Of a stretch of DNA of 64,000 nt, positions 63,421 to 64,000 are shown one piece after another. The stretch is from NCBI GenBank assembly GCA_002269645.1, contig NIVC01003802.1, forward strand, positions 1 to 64,000. Reading direction: 5' to 3'. Positions within the stretch are counted from its first letter, which is position 1; each line of letters starts with the position of its first letter. The notes under the pieces are model-generated. The model saw nothing but the letters and a program-made list of their open reading frames with translations. It ran no database searches and was not told the DNA's origin. Source of the stretch: Macrostomum lignano (taxonomy: Eukaryota). A program made the position numbers and the translations under genes.

Positions 63421-64000
63421 GTTTCTCTTAAGGCGTTCGATTTGAGCTGCGCGTCTATCTGATGGTTGGGTCGCTCCTCTGTCAGTTGCTCACGACGATG
63501 CTGGTGTCTGCATACTCCGCCTCTCACCAAGCGCACCAGCAAAGGCATCCGCAAACTGCCGTTTTGTGCAGGAGTCCAGCAGAATGCGGTACTACCGCCG
63601 TGGTCGCTGCTTAAGTTAGTGGAGCTGGTCGTTGAGTCGACATTCCAAGAATTCCAACATTCCATCGGCGTACCTCTTTTAGCGCTATCGACTTTTCACT
63701 TCAAAAAACAAGCCTTCCATGATTTTGTATTTCGACTCTGGATTTTCTTATTATTAAATCTATTTTTGTCACCAATGTGTTTCTGCCGAGTCCAAAAGCG
63801 CCATGCCAGAATAAAGCCGACCAAAAAATGTCCACGTAAATGTCCACTTAAGCCATTTTTCATGGCTTAAGCCGCAGAGAATCGGCACGAATTTGGAATT
63901 TCTCACAAGTCGCTATTGTGAGAATGATTGCGTCAAGTTGTTGCGTTAGCACTGAATTGACCAACGAAATTCTCTTGGGTGCACCAAGAAAATACGCTAG

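Overview
Eukaryotic, invertebrate-style genomic DNA with short GT-AG introns, GC-rich exons and many tandem repeats. The style is consistent with a free-living flatworm such as Macrostomum, but this is inference only. Genes reconstructed by hand: an intronless LRR transmembrane protein; five class A GPCRs (a convergent peptide-receptor-like pair, a tandem melatonin-receptor-like NRY/NAxxY pair, and one intronless peptide receptor); a roughly 14-exon TRPA1 channel; a 5-exon ELOVL6-like elongase; and three exons of an ARH/LDLRAP1-like PTB adaptor. The most unusual item is an orphan minus-strand gene at 21.4-23.6 kb. It is built from two ~270-aa internal repeats, each ending in what looks like a catalytically dead GIY-YIG (Penelope-endonuclease-like) module, and it carries an apparent frameshift plus an intronic hAT-type MITE with a perfect 8-bp TSD. 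Other signals: discordant intron positions between GPCR paralogs, a 270-bp gene-conversion-like tract, strong local CpG depletion suggestive of gene-body methylation, two tRNA-derived SINE families (one CORE-like), Helitron-type elements, a LINE RT relic, and many intronic minisatellites. No CRISPR array, rRNA or intact tRNA gene was seen. All splice models are manual predictions.
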